DNA from: Paramicrosporidium saccamoebae KSL3
Lineage: Eukaryota > Fungi > Cryptomycota
Assembly (NCBI GenBank): GCA_002794465.1
Contig: MTSL01000219.1
Span: 11,459-43,458 of the forward strand
Direction of reading: 5' to 3'
DNA length: 32,000 nucleotides
Shown: positions 9,341 through 19,484 of the stretch, piece after piece
Position numbering within the stretch: the first letter of the stretch is position 1
Layout: each line of letters begins with the position of its first letter
Made by a program: the position numbers and the translations under genes
Notes under the pieces: model-generated
The model's database searches: none
What the model was told of the DNA's origin: nothing
What the model saw: only the letters and a program-made list of their open reading frames with translations

Positions 9341-10849
9341 TTAGCGGAGATTAGAAGGGGGACTGCATGGTCTCGGAAGTCTACTATCATCGGTTGTCTT
9401 GTTTCCTTCTGTAAACTGCAATTCAGGCACCTTTGGGGATCTTCTTTGTTCAATTTCCTCCAAGGAGGCTCCCTTGGTCTCTTCCACCACCACAGCAATA
9501 AATAAAAACCCCAAAAACGCAAGCAACGCAAATGTCCAGTAAACATGGGACGGATGTGTCCATGTCACTAGCAGCGGGAAGCTAGCAGTCACGACATAAT
9601 TACACGTCCAATTAATGGCGAGTGATAGCGAGAGTGCTCTCCCGCGAATGGGAAATGGCAGCGTTTCGGCAACCAGGACACCTGGGACGGGTCCCATCCC
9701 AGCCGCAAAGAAAGCCCGATGTATGACAATTCCGACGAGGAGCATCCAAAATCGCTGATTAACCTCTTTGATAACGGTCGCGCCGCCAATGATCACAAGA
9801 CTGATTGCAATTCCAGCTTCGGAAATAAGTAAAGCCGGTCGGCGTCCATTCTTGTCCAGTGTGAACACGACTGAAATAAGCACAAGCAGCTGTGGGATAC
9901 AAGCAAGGGCATTATAAAAGAGTGCATCGCGCGATGAGTGCCCCATGGAATGGAGCAGGATGGTGCAATAATATACGATCACACTATTACCAGAGGCCTG
10001 CTGAAAGACCTGCATCAGAATGGCAATCAAGAGTGGCCTGTGATATTTTGAATCCACAATTTCGGCTTCGGAGAGACAGGTAGGTTCCTGATAATCGCGG
10101 CGGTCGCAGAGCACTTGATATTGTTGAATTATATGCGTCTCGTGAGAATCACCATAGATTTGAGTTAGCACCAAACGCGCTTCTTCATTCTGACCATTGC
10201 TCACTAGCCATTGTGGCGTCTCTGGCAGGACAGCAATCACTAATATCTACATGTTAGAACTAAACTTGTAAAGTACCCAGTGAAAGATACACAGTATTGC
10301 ACCTGATGCGAACATTGAGCGCCAACACAAGTCTCCTGCGGTGCAAGCAACCACTTCATAGCCAACAAAATACGAGACGGCTATCCCAGTCCAGCCACAG
10401 AGCTGATTAATTGCGCCCAGTTTTCCTCTAACATGCGATGGCGCCACTTCGGTAATGTAAAGCGCTGGGATCACTGACGCAACTCCCACCCCCAAACCAA
10501 GCACAAATCTACTGAGCATCATAAGCTGACTCCCATTCCCCAGGGCAGCAACCACCGCTGCCACCAACATCAGCATGTTGTTCCAGGCCAACGTCCTTCT
10601 GCGGCCCACCGCGTCGGCAATTCGTCCACTAAAGATAGAGCCCAAGATGGCGCCGATGAGAATGATGGAGACTATGGTGCTAATCTCGGCAGTGGTGAGC
10701 GAGATTGTGCGTGGGATGAAGAGGATTGCTGGGGCGATAATACCCGTGTTATATCCGTAAACAAAGGAGGAGAATGAGGCCACCAGAGTGTAGCCATATA
10801 CACTGGCAGGCAAACGTGGTTTAGGTAGATCTGGGTCTAGTTGACTCAT
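9341..10849 (-). CDS. MFS sugar-porter family transporter, tandem paralog, 492 aa
   Basis: Exons 10849-10277, 10246-9341 (30-nt intron). Motifs ADAVGRR, TEVAPSHVRGKLG, PETPQWL, QQASGNSVIVYY, DKNGRR, AETLPFPIRGRA, EETKG. Confidence 0.92.
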
Positions 10850-10977
10850 TTAGCATGGTACATCTGCAGACAATGGCCTTACTAATACTAATATTGCGGC
10901 CAATTGCAATCGTTCAAACTCGACTCGTATCCAATCACTTTCACCTGCAACCAATGAATTCCTCTCCAACCTGACAC

Positions 10978-12561
10978 TTAAAGATTCTTTGGTTTATTCA
11001 TACTGGAAATGTCAACAGACAGTGCCTTTTCTTTCATTCCATCCAACCCATGGCTTTTTGCATCTGGGTCAGCTTTGATTTGGCGATAATCGTTGTAAAG
11101 GTTACGGCTTCGAGTGTATCGTATCAGGTTCATTCCCAACACAATTTTGGCGATGAACAGTCTAAAAAATTGAGAGAACTGAAGCTTATACCCGACTATG
11201 ACCAATGATCCTGAAAGAAGATAGTCTCCAATCCAAACCTCTGAAGCCTTGATGGTTTGCAGAGCAATCCTCACTAATAGGCAAGAGAATGGGAATGAGG
11301 AGAATCCAATTCTCCTTGACACTGCAGGAGACTGATCTGCAAGTGTTCCCTATGGTAATAAGAGGACATTCATAAACATACCTCATCAGTGCTAGATTCA
11401 AAGTCTTTGCACAGCGTATCCATATACTTTGAGTAAACATCGGGATGGATATGATTGAATTTTGTAATAAAGGAATGCTTGAGCCAGTCAACAAGGATCT
11501 CTGAGAAAAACACGAGTCCCAGCGGGGTGACAAGACCATAGAGCACGTAATCCAAATCAAGTGTGGCACTGATCTCTGTCATATTTCGGAACCCAATGAT
11601 TAGCAAATACAAAGATAATTGGAAACGCTCCAAAATATCGGCGCAGGAGAGTTGGAATAAATTTTCCTTTTCAAACTTTTTGAAAACGGCCGACTTGATC
11701 TCCACAAACTGATTAGAAACCAACAAAGTAAGCAGTGCATTGCTGAAAGAGTTGATCGATACATTGAGAGTGATGGCTTGTAGAAAGAGTACCATTGTGT
11801 GAATGACTAAAATTACGAAAGAATGGAAATGGCTACAGACATACAAGATGGTCAAAATAAAATGCGCAACGGGATGCAGGCGTATGATTCGACCAGTTTC
11901 GGCTAAAGTGCCTCTTGCCGATTTAGAAAAGAAGGAGTCGAGAATATCTAGCCCAAAAGAACAGCACAGCTTGTCCATGACCTACAGGAATAGTCTCATA
12001 AGTGATGAAATCAAACCTCAAAAACGTTGAATATTACATAGAGCTTTATCACCGACTGCCCACGGATCGAGTGGTAAACACGGGAAGCGTCAATCTGCTG
12101 CAGGAGCACGCAAACGGTAAAAAGTAACAGCCCTCGCAGTAAATCAAAGCCAAAATATGGCAACTTTTGCGCAGGCTCTCTCTTGAAGCTATTCACTTAA
12201 GAATTCACTAGAGTGTGTACATGCGTCGATACAACTGGACGTGAGCGAGGGACAGTAGGGAGATTAGGATCCTCACTGGAAGAATCGTAAAGTTGTACAA
12301 GAAACTGTCCAAGCAGATAAAGTAGCCGAGAAAGAGCAACTAAGAAGAACATTAGCCATATCGTCACTGCACTTGTTCGAGCTTCTGAGGCACGTGAAGG
12401 AAGTTGTACACTCTTTCGTGCTTTGTCACTTGGATCTCATCCTGCATTGGAGTGCTAATTTGGGCAGCAAGGTAGTCCCATAATCGAAGCTTAGTGGCCA
12501 CACTGCGAGAGACTAAGGGAATTCTGGACATTGTGTTTCCATGGGGGCCAAGTGTCTTCAT
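10978..12561 (-). CDS. TAPT1: TAPT1/Emp65 (DUF747) ER membrane protein, about 473 aa
   Basis: Exons 12561-12373, 12339-12221, 12188-12017, 11981-11382, 11349-11192, 11161-10978. Motifs CLDSFLYNFTILP, YHSIRGQSVIKLYVIFNVFEVMDKLCCSFG, SNQFVEIKSAVFKKFEKENLFQ, SEILVDWLKHSFITKFN. Confidence 0.93.
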
Positions 12562-12607
12562 GCAATTTATTTGTTCTTTTCATAGTAAATATCTGCACAT
12601 ACACCCG

Positions 12608-13102
12608 TCAATTCTGGATTGCTACACCACGCATTTCAATGAGAAGATCTTTTCCTGGCAGTGAAGCCACCCCGATTGTCGTCCGGGCTGGACCAGTCTT
12701 TCCGTCAAAGTATCTATTATACACCTACGAATAAGCCCAATGATATGGACGAACCTTGTTGAATTCTGCATAGTCAGCCATGTTGGTTAGGAAGACTGTC
12801 ACCTCGATGAGGTTGGTCAGATCAGCCCCAACTTCGCCCAGCACATGCTTCATACTACAGAATCAGCTATATGATGCATGCGACTTTTCCAAGACACCCT
12901 CAGTCTGTTTCTCAATGGAACGGAGCGTCTCTCCATTAGGGAGCACTTCAACTCCGAGCACACTGTTATCTTTCTGTCGCGCAGACAGGCCTGAAAGAAA
13001 TATCATGTTGCCAACTTTTTTGGCGTGGGGATACTGAGCAAGAGCACCACCAACTTTTTCACAAAAAATCGACTGTGGAACAGCTTGTGTATGTGGCATC
13101 AT
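12608..13102 (-). CDS. Rid/YjgF-family protein resembling 2-aminomuconate deaminase, 144 aa
   Basis: Exons 13102-12885, 12854-12755, 12724-12608 (two 30-nt introns). Motifs YPHAKKVGNMIFLSGLSARQKDNS, EVTVFLTNM, TGPARTTIGVASLP, LLIEM; the Rid active-site Arg (PAR) is present. Confidence 0.85.
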
Positions 13103-13148
13103 CAAGAGTGTGATTGCTTAAAGGCCACGCCTACCCTGGCACGCCGGG

Positions 13149-14126
13149 ATGTCTGGAGAGGGCGTTACTTCGGCCGGCATGGAGCCCTCCAAGAACCGAC
13201 GCCACCGCAAAGATAAGCCGTGGGATACAGATGATATTGACCATTGGAAAATCGACCCGTTTACCAAAGAAGAGATGAAGGGTCCGCTGACTGAGGAGAG
13301 CTCGTTTGCGACCCTCTTCCCAAAGTATCGTGAGGGGTATCTTAGAGAAACTTGGCCGCACGTTACCAAGCTCCTAGCCGGACACGGTGTAGCTTGTGAG
13401 CTAAACTTGGTGGATGGCAGCATGACCGTCAAGACCACCCGCAAAACCTTTGATCCGTACATTATTCTGAAATGTCGCGACCTCATCAAGCTTCTTGCCC
13501 GCAGTGTCCCTCTTCCTAATGCCGCCAAGGTGCTGGATGATGGTGTGACTTGTGATGTTATCAAGATTGGTAATCTTGTCCACAACAGGGAGCGGTTTGT
13601 AAAAAGACGCCAACGTCTGGTAGGCCCCAACGGTAACACTCTAAAGGCCATCGAGTTGCTTACACAGTGCTTCGTTCTCGTACAGGGAAACACGGTATCT
13701 GCTATTGGGTCCCACAAAGGGCTAAAGGAGCTGCGTAGAATCGTAACAGACTGCATGAAGAACATCCATCCCATCTATCACATCAAGGAACTCATGATCA
13801 AGCGCGAGCTTATGAAGGATGAAAAGTTAAAGTTCGAGTCGTGGGATAGATTCTTGCCCCAGTTCCGAAAACTCAACCAGAAGGCTAAGCCTGCAGCCAA
13901 GCCGTCTAAAGAGAAGAAGCCATATACTCCCTTCCCTCCGACGCCTACACCCCGACAGGAAGATCTCCAGATGCAGTCGGGAGAATATTTCCTCAAGCCA
14001 GAACAAAAGGAAGCCAAGAAGCTGGCAGAAAAGAAGGCAAAGCAAAAGGTCAGGAAGGCAGAGAAGGAAGTGGAACGAGCAAAGTCCTACATTCCCCCCG
14101 AAGAAGCTATCCGCAAAAGACCGTAG
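13149..14126 (+). CDS. KRR1: KRR1 small-subunit processome KH protein, 325 aa
   Basis: Intronless ORF with [60 protein letters not shown]. Confidence 0.97.
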   Translation: MSGEGVTSAGMEPSKNRRHRKDKPWDTDDIDHWKIDPFTKEEMKGPLTEESSFATLFPKYREGYLRETWPHVTKLLAGHGVACELNLVDGSMTVKTTRKTFDPYIILKCRDLIKLLARSVPLPNAAKVLDDGVTCDVIKIGNLVHNRERFVKRRQRLVGPNGNTLKAIELLTQCFVLVQGNTVSAIGSHKGLKELRRIVTDCMKNIHPIYHIKELMIKRELMKDEKLKFESWDRFLPQFRKLNQKAKPAAKPSKEKKPYTPFPPTPTPRQEDLQMQSGEYFLKPEQKEAKKLAEKKAKQKVRKAEKEVERAKSYIPPEEAIRKRP

Positions 14127-14228
14127 ATTAGAATATATATTTAGTAAACTGGGTTCTGGCTTGAGTATCGTCATATGCATAGGGTAAATCACTTGGAAAA
14201 TCCGAGTTAGAGAGCTGACCCAGCTAGA

Positions 14229-14411
14229 CTATGGTTTTGGTGCCGTGACCTTTTTCTCCGTGAACAAGACGTGATGTCCGACTATCGGGTCGTATTTACA
14301 GAGCTCGAATTTGGGGGAAGTACGGGGCCTCCGCAGCGCATACATGAATCCCGTGCCGGCCGAACTGAACAACTTTGCGACAACCACCCTCGCTTTCGCC
14401 TTTTTACTCAT
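14229..14411 (-). CDS. MRPL33: Mitochondrial ribosomal protein bL33m
   Basis: 60 aa: KAKARVVVAKLFSSAGTGFMY...KYDPIVGHHVLFTEKK, the L33 signature. Confidence 0.9.
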   Translation of the reverse strand: MSKKAKARVVVAKLFSSAGTGFMYALRRPRTSPKFELCKYDPIVGHHVLFTEKKVTAPKP

Positions 14412-14781
14412 CCCGACGGAGTATGTGGTTAAAGTAAAATTTGTTTCTTTATTTGGGCGATCGTCCTACCAAAGACTGAACAATGTCGGGAGGCCAACAG
14501 GTCCAAGTACTATGAACGCTCTGACAAATACCATGAGAAATATGTATCTGAGTGTTTGTTTATGCTTTTGGATACGATGAATAAAGAGGTTTACACCCTG
14601 AGCACAACATAAAGTGACTATTACTTAGGGAAGACTGATGTTGTGCTTCCAAGATTACCCATGTGCGAGGTAGGATCCCACGCTCTAATTATTTGGTCAA
14701 TATCTCTGTATTCTTAAGGAAACATTGGGACCGCTCTCAATAGTTACAACAGGGTCAGGGTGTGCAAGTATACAAGATGCG

Positions 14782-14850
14782 CAAGAGTTTAGTAGGATTG
14801 CCGCTATTTCTGTTCCTCTAGAGATTAACGACAGTCCTACTAAACTCTTG
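14782..14850. repeat. 16-bp perfect inverted repeat forming a long hairpin
   Basis: CAAGAGTTTAGTAGGA (14782-14797) / TCCTACTAAACTCTTG (14835-14850); the 37-nt spacer pairs further with mismatches. Confidence 0.9.
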
Positions 14851-14868
14851 TACTCCGAGAACTCTTTC

Positions 14869-15478
14869 CTAAAGCCCAGAGATCTTATGGCTTGCTTCTT
14901 CAAGTAAACGAAATTTTTCATCTACTAAGAATACGATTTTCATTGCCCCATCAGGAAGCGATGCCTTGCGTAGGGCAATCACTCCGTACTGTGCGCCAAT
15001 CACTCCTATGTCATCCTGGAAGCAAATGCCTCGGGCCGCCTTTCCGGGAATCATCGGGATCGCCAGTCCCACACCCGAATTCATCATAATAGCTAAGATC
15101 GCATCTTCAATCGTTTTTCTGCGATAGAGCGGACGCCCGCTATAATTTGGATCAAAGGTCTGGATCCAAACCCGTGGGACTGGTTTGGTATGACTTGTGT
15201 CTATAATCGCCTATCCCGGGTGTTGGGCTGGTTTCTTTTTATACTCCCGTCCCATCAATTAATTTGGCAATAATAGGCGTCGAGTAAAACAGTGATAAAT
15301 GCTGATTATTATTACGGGCCCGAGACCCCAAATATCCCCGGATTATGGTGGGGAGCAGAGGAAAAAGTGACTTGTAGAAGATGGTTTATATTAGTATAAC
15401 CAGCTCTGTTTATACCTGTGAGTAGCCTGTAGAGACGCTAAAATATATTTCTATACACTACTCACCATCACGAGACAT
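14869..15478 (-). CDS. Candidate hypothetical protein, exon structure uncertain
   Basis: Stop-free frame 15210-14869 (114 codons, protein-like: VPRVWIQTFDP...TIEDAILAIMMNSG...KIVFLVDE). Upstream exons are possible via introns 15244-15211, 15415-15371 and 15465-15427 from ATG 15478. No family recognised. Confidence 0.35.
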
Positions 15479-15505
15479 TACGAAACATCACGAGACACTA
15501 CGCAG
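15466..15505. repeat. 20-bp tandem duplication (2 copies, 17/20 identical)
   Basis: catcacgagacattacgaaa / catcacgagacactacgcag. Confidence 0.8.
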
Positions 15506-15616
15506 CATGTCGGACAACCAATAAGTTGGACAGGCGTACTTCACCAGCCAATAAGGAGACGTATATCCACCCGTTGTATATACCGAGTCAGTAGCACTGA
15601 AAATATCGTCTCCACG

Positions 15617-15959
15617 ATGCAGGCCTTGATAAATCATATGCGCATGCGCCCACAGGTATATATAGATTTAAAGGGTACTAAGATGCAGCTATTTGTCCTG
15701 ACCGGAGTGGTTGCGGCCACTGCTGCGACTGCGACCTGGTTTGGAGTTTTCAAAGCTCACCACGATCCGCATCTTGTCTTCAACTCGCGCGAGGATCCGT
15801 TTCCATATCTCCGCGCTCGTGATGAGCAACAGCCAAAGGTAGTTAGGATGCAAATACCTCATATTTTAGTTTTCCCCGGTTGGACAGGTTTCAGAGACGA
15901 ATCTTGAAGAGCATTATGATCTTCTTGACATCTTGAATGGAAAGTATGGTGATCACTAG
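15617..15959 (+). CDS. NDUFA4/COXFA4 (MLRQ/B12D)-like small mitochondrial membrane protein, 92 aa
   Basis: Exons 15617-15655, 15689-15838, 15870-15959 (introns 33 and 31 nt): RPQLFVLTGVVAATAATATWFGVFKAHHDPHLVFNSREDPFPY...QPKF, a single TM followed by a P-x-V and P-x-P-Y pattern. Confidence 0.7.
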
Positions 15960-16095
15960 TATAAGAAAGCACAAGAGAGTGTACATATGAAGTGAATAAA
16001 AAACCCAGATAACAAAAAAGTGTTTCGCTTTAGTTTGATTGGCCGACTGTTGTGTTCCCACTGTTGTGCCGGCGCCAACAATTTGGTTACCGCAG

Positions 16096-19000
16096 ATGCC
16101 GTCTATACCCATCGTTGCGACCCAGCATGACCATGGGAATGGTCTGATGAAGATTGTAGAACTTTGTGTAGGTGGGTTCATGCTATAGGTTTGTAAAATC
16201 GCAGGCTATCAAGAACAGTGTGCCACTTTTTCTGCACTTGTAGACGGCAAAATATTCGGCGAGGCTCTGCACAAAATGTAAGCATATACCAAGTGTCTAG
16301 TTATCTTTAAGTGACTGTGAATTTTTCAAAAATGTGCTCACTCCTCAAACTAGCACTAATGGGGTGTTACGCGCCGCACAGCTAAAGAGAATGTATTTGC
16401 GAATCATTGCGTTTGGGAGAGAGGCTCTTGATCGAGATTGGAGCGAGTTGCCGGTTCCCGATTTCAATGCTCTTACGAGACCTTCGGCGACAGCCAAAGT
16501 GAGATCGGATGTATTGGAGCTGTTCTCGGCTGTGATTGTTAACGTTGCTCTAAATATTCCGCATTTGAAGGTGGAGATTGATTGTCTCCTTGCCTCTCTA
16601 CCCCAAATGGACTCTGAAATTGTAAATTTTTCGCTAGCCTCGATGAAGGCTCTCGTTGTTGGGACTTTTCCGGAATCACCAACTCTGACAAACATTACTA
16701 TTTCTCCTCAGCTGGACTATGAGTATGAGTATAAGGCTCTCCGAGTACTGTTTGAAGCCATCTCATCCGAGGCTGAGGTTCTCCGCGAGCAGCTAGTATG
16801 CATTAGTGCTTCTTTCCCATTTTTAGATACAGGTTTCACATGACCGTGAACAGCTAAACGCAAAGTTTCCAGCCCTTCAGTCCATGGTCGATATTTTACA
16901 AAAGGAAAACCAAGAGTTGCTGGTTGCACGCGATGAATACGCTCATGAGTTGTATGTATTATATGGATTCATCATCAATGTTGTAGAGAAGCCATGGTTC
17001 TTGCCAAGGCAAACGTGATGGCAGAGAGCGCAAAAGGATCAGACAGCACATTGAAGCTCATTGAACAGATGCGCTTGGTGGACCCCAATGTCACATGCCT
17101 CAGTGACGTAGGAATGGTGTTGGAAAAAATGTGGAATGACAGCCGCAAAAAAGACGAATTAATCTTGCGTCTTCAGGCTCGATGTGAGGAAACAGAGATT
17201 AGTCGCGATGTTCTAATTGAAAAGGAAAAGATTCTACTGGAAGATAAGCGCGAGTCCGAATTAGAAATGCAAAGCTTAAAGGACGAACAAAATTCAATTT
17301 TCTGTCTTCAATCTGAAAAGGTAATAATGCAAGCCGAACTTCAAAAGCTGTCCGATGAGAATGGTCAGCTTCGAATTAGAATTTCTCAAAAAGAAGACGA
17401 GGTTATGCAATTGGAGAATGGGCGTCAAGAATATGCTTTGAATATCCAAAGTCTGTCCGACACCCATCAATCCAATGTCGAGTCGCTTCAAAAACAACTG
17501 GATGATAACATAATGGAGCGCACCAATGCATCCGAATCGTTGGCAAAGCTGCAAACCCAATATAATCTCCTCTCCAATACCTATGCGGAATCAACTTGTC
17601 AATTATACGAAGATGTCGCAGGAATTTCGAACACTGTTAGGATTCACGAATTTCGCTTACGGAAAGTAAAATCACAATTATCCAAATCAAAAAGCCGAGT
17701 TGTAATTTTGCAAAAGGAAAACCTTGCGCTCAATACCCATCGATCAAAGCTGCGGAAGAGATTAAGAAAGCTATGGCCCAACTATCATGGTTTAAAGAAG
17801 ACTGTGAATCAAAGAGAGGCGGCGGTGCAGGAGCTTAAAGCAAAAGTGGCATCTTCGACTCAATTGAATGAAGAAATGGAAGCCTTGCTGCAAGCCAACA
17901 CTGAAGAAATCTTAATGCTCCAGTCTCATTTTAAGGAAACACTGAAGCAGTTGGATGAGAAAAAGAGGGAGCTTGACAATCTTGCAAGTCTGAATCAAAG
18001 TGTGAGTGAATCCCATAAAGAACTGGAAGTGCTGCGGTCCAATCTTTCCCAGGCCAAAGAGGAGGCAGCAGAGAATCTGGTGCGCGGTCAGTTGCTATTG
18101 GAAGAAAATCTCTGCCGTGCAGATAACCTTGCAAAGGCAAAAGAGACAGAATTCCATTCTACTGTGGCAGAGCTCAAGCAGCAGCTAGATCAAGCCACTT
18201 CCAATGCGGAAAAGTTGAGAATTGAAAATGAAGAACTAACGAGGGAGAGCTTTGAATTAAAGAGCCTGAGTAGGAAGCGGGATGGACAAATTGCTGAGCT
18301 TGAGGATGAGCTTCAGATTAAAATGCTGGGAAAGGAGAAACTAACTCGCGCGATGGAGATGGAAATTACCCGTATCGATGAGCTGAACAGGATTGAGGTT
18401 AATCGTCTGACAGAAAAGATACGGGAACTACAAGATAATGCCGGCAGTGTCGAGGGAGTGCACGCTAGTGCGATGAGCCAGCTCAAAAGCGATATTTTGG
18501 CATTGGAGCAAGAAAACCGTACCCTACTTGCTGCGATGGCTCAATTAAGTTCCGAACGAGAACAATTTGCACACAACTTGCATGAAGCGGAACGGACTAG
18601 GGCCAAGTCTATTCAAGACGGGGAGAAACTGGAGAGTGCTTTGGTGGAAATAATGGCGGGGAAAGGAAATTTAGAAAATGAAATGCAAAAGATGCTGAAT
18701 GAATACACTGTGCAAAGAGAATTATCCCAGCGACTAGGCGAACAGTTCCAAAAGCAGTCTGAAGAGCTGGAATCTTGTCGTCTGGACTTGGATGAAGCCC
18801 AGCGAGAGATTGCCTTGCAAAAGCACGATCTGGACAATCTCGCCGCACAGGAAGCCCAGCGGCTTTCAAAGAAGCAGATGGAGATATCGGAGCTGCAGCA
18901 ATCACTCCTGAACCAAGAGACGCACTGGTCCGAACAAATAAATCAACGGAATGCCCGAATCAGCAATCTCGAAGCCGAATCGTCAGATTTAAAGACAAAA

Positions 19001-19342
19001 ATATACAGCCGAGAGAGAAACTGGGAGTCGGAGCGGGCAGAATTGCAGAACTGGCTACGACAGCAGGAGAAAGAGTTGCAAAAGCTTGTGGCATATCATG
19101 CACCGCATGAAGATGCCTCGTGTCAAACAGACTTTTCCGGCAGCACGATGGCGGTTGTGACTGTGGACCTTGATCAGGTGGACCGAAGTGTCGTTGATCT
19201 CAAGGACAAGGAAATTGCCAAAATGAAAATGGCAATGAAAGAAATGCTCAATTCTATTCGCGAAGAACATCGGGCCATCTTGACCGTCTGGCATAATCTC
19301 GGAAGTCGAATGTATCGAGATACTTTTTATCAACGTGTCTAA
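16096..19342 (+). CDS. HOOK-family microtubule/dynein adaptor-like coiled-coil protein, about 1037 aa
   Basis: Exons 16096-16155, 16189-16277, 16312-16795, 16827-16951, 16987-19342. N-terminal FSALVDGKIFGEALHKIDCEFF...VLRAAQLKR (HOOK CH-like domain), long heptad coiled coil, C-terminal EEHRAILTVWHNLGSRMY. Confidence 0.72.
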
Positions 19343-19484
19343 TAAATTTTGTCCTTTTCTCGGCCGCTTGAGTGGTTTGTGTGAGCGTATATCTCTACGA
19401 AGCAAACCCGCCCCTCTCCCCCAATAGAGGAGCCTTACTACAAACACCAACCTCACGATATACACGCAAATTTCCGGGCCTGGG

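Noticed and set aside
7474-10849. Four separate transporter ORFs
   Set aside because: They join in pairs through single micro-introns into two full-length genes.
15146-15170. 8-bp inverted repeat TTTGGATC/GATCCAAA
   Set aside because: Expected by chance at this length, and it lies in a candidate coding frame.
15290-15506. Possible third LTR copy (CACTACGCAGCA resembles the reversed LTR end)
   Set aside because: Similarity is limited to about 9 nt, with no internal homology or target duplication.
15891-16181. 96-aa hydrophobic minus-strand ORF
   Set aside because: Overlaps the last NDUFA4-like exon and the first HOOK exon on the opposite strand; no family motif.
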